This document shows, one piece after another, positions 62,901-64,000 of a DNA stretch of 64,000 nucleotides. The notes under the pieces are model-generated. The model was not told where the DNA came from, searched no databases, and saw nothing but the letters and a program-made list of their open reading frames with translations. Position numbers and translations under genes: made by a program. This stretch comes from Anthoceros angustus (lineage: Eukaryota; Plantae; Anthocerotophyta): positions 395,086 through 459,085 of the forward strand of contig MU008149.1 in NCBI GenBank assembly GCA_010909165.1, read 5' to 3'. Within the stretch, counting starts at the first letter, position 1, and each line of letters starts with the position of its first letter.

Positions 62901-63769
62901 CCCATACACTTCCCTAACCAATGCGTCCCAATCACGAGGTTTTGCTCTAATTCCCTCGCCCGGTTGCTTGTCTTTTAGGTGGCGGCGCACTCTGCACGGT
63001 CGAATTCGTCACGCTTCTCCATGAAACCCGGCCGAGCTCCTTCACGGGCCCCATCGGACTTTCCAATGGTCCATGTTTGGCCATTGGGCAGCGCAATCTC
63101 ATTTGTGGCTTTGGGCGCCATCCTTGATAGTCCCCGGTCTCGCGCCTCGGTGCCGAATTTCTGGCAAGGTCGGACTTCGAGTTCCTACCTCCTCATGGCC
63201 GCGGCCGCCTTCCTTCCTTCCACGGTGAGGGTTGCGACTTCAGGTGAGGTTGGGCGGCCCTCCACCCGCGATCGCGCCCTCTCGCTCTCCGATCGCGGTC
63301 CCTCGAATGCGGCTCCTCGGCGACCTCACGCTCCGGCCCGTTGCGCTCCACTCCTCCTCGCTCCGGTGGCATTGCGCTCCGCGTTTGAGCAGCTCTGGTC
63401 ACCCTACGGTTTCCTTAGGGTTAAGTTTGGCTTCCCCCACCGGTTGTCTTCTCGACCGCCTGCCCTTGATCCACACCCCTCATTCACTCTGGCCGTGGGT
63501 CGACCTAACTTAGGGACAAACCCCAAATAACCACCCCTACCGCATATATAGACCTTGTAGTGGATATCGAGGTCCATGGGCCAAGGAACAAGTTTCCGAC
63601 CATTTATTATCTAACCTAGGCAATAAAACAAAAAGAACTCCATAGGCCAAGGACATTTTACTATGAATATCCTCAACTAAAATCGTCGACTTATTTTCAC
63701 ACCACTCGGCAAAAAAACAAAAAATTCACGAGGGCACATTTTAGCAGTTTCGAGCCTAGATCGTTTACA
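59965..63769 (-). mobile_element. Third copy (C) of the 3.6-3.8 kb LTR, solo or belonging to a neighbouring element
   Basis: Collinear with A and B from GACACCGTG.GGTCC to GATCGTTTACA (63769). TATA near 60890; ORF remnants 61194-63400. Confidence 0.9.
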
Positions 63770-63799
63770 GTAATTGGAGGGAAGGTTTATAGGGTTTAT

Positions 63800-64000
63800 A
63801 CTTAGGAGAAATCGACTTCAGCCTTTCTTGCTCAACTTCTCAAAAGTTCGTCCCGGTCGATTTTCGCCCCTTGACAACCGTGGAGGAACAACGATGATGG
63901 TCGGACAAATGATCACACTTCTTGTCTTGTAGGCGGAGAAGCCATCTGGCAGGGCCATTGTGTCTTTGTTGCCAATTCGCGTCGACCAACCATTGGGTTC
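63800..64000 (-). mobile_element. Internal fragment of a fourth, more diverged LTR copy (D), running off the window
   Basis: Similar to 62620-62820 (CAACTTCTCAA..TTCGTCCCG.TCGATTTT..GGAGGAACA..TGGTCGGACAAAT..GGCGGAGAAGCCATCTGGC). Confidence 0.8.

Noticed and set aside
59955-63775. TSD around LTR copy C and around the A-B element
   Set aside because: No matching 5-bp flanks could be read, so solo-LTR status and exact outer ends are not claimed.

Overview
Land-plant nuclear DNA, GC-rich, with short introns. A PPR-DYW relic carries the HAE (DYW:KP-type) motif, which points to a U-to-C editing lineage, most plausibly a hornwort (inference). Host genes: an apparently intact multi-exon NAP1 (SCAR/WAVE subunit, 11.9-18.6 kb, minus) and an 11S-globulin/legumin-like bicupin gene (minus). 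The cupin gene has a copia element in intron 3 and a complete CACTA element (TIRs plus 3-bp TSD) in its last coding exon. Also present are two PLS-PPR pseudogenes, a BAHD-like relic and a 1.65-kb tandem duplication carrying an orphan 4-TM ORF. From about 29 kb to the end the window is a nest of LTR retroelements: a near-complete copia with TSD and an Athila-like Ty3/gypsy element. The most striking signal is a set of very long (about 2.9-4.3 kb) LTRs or LTR-like units from several diverged families. Each appears to carry a protein-coding ORF inside U3, upstream of the TATA box. Several share a conserved peptide motif, and one has an AT-hook and a spliceosomal intron. Repeat copies differ mostly by 1-3 bp indels, so many TE frameshifts could be assembly noise. 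No rRNA, tRNA or CRISPR features were found.
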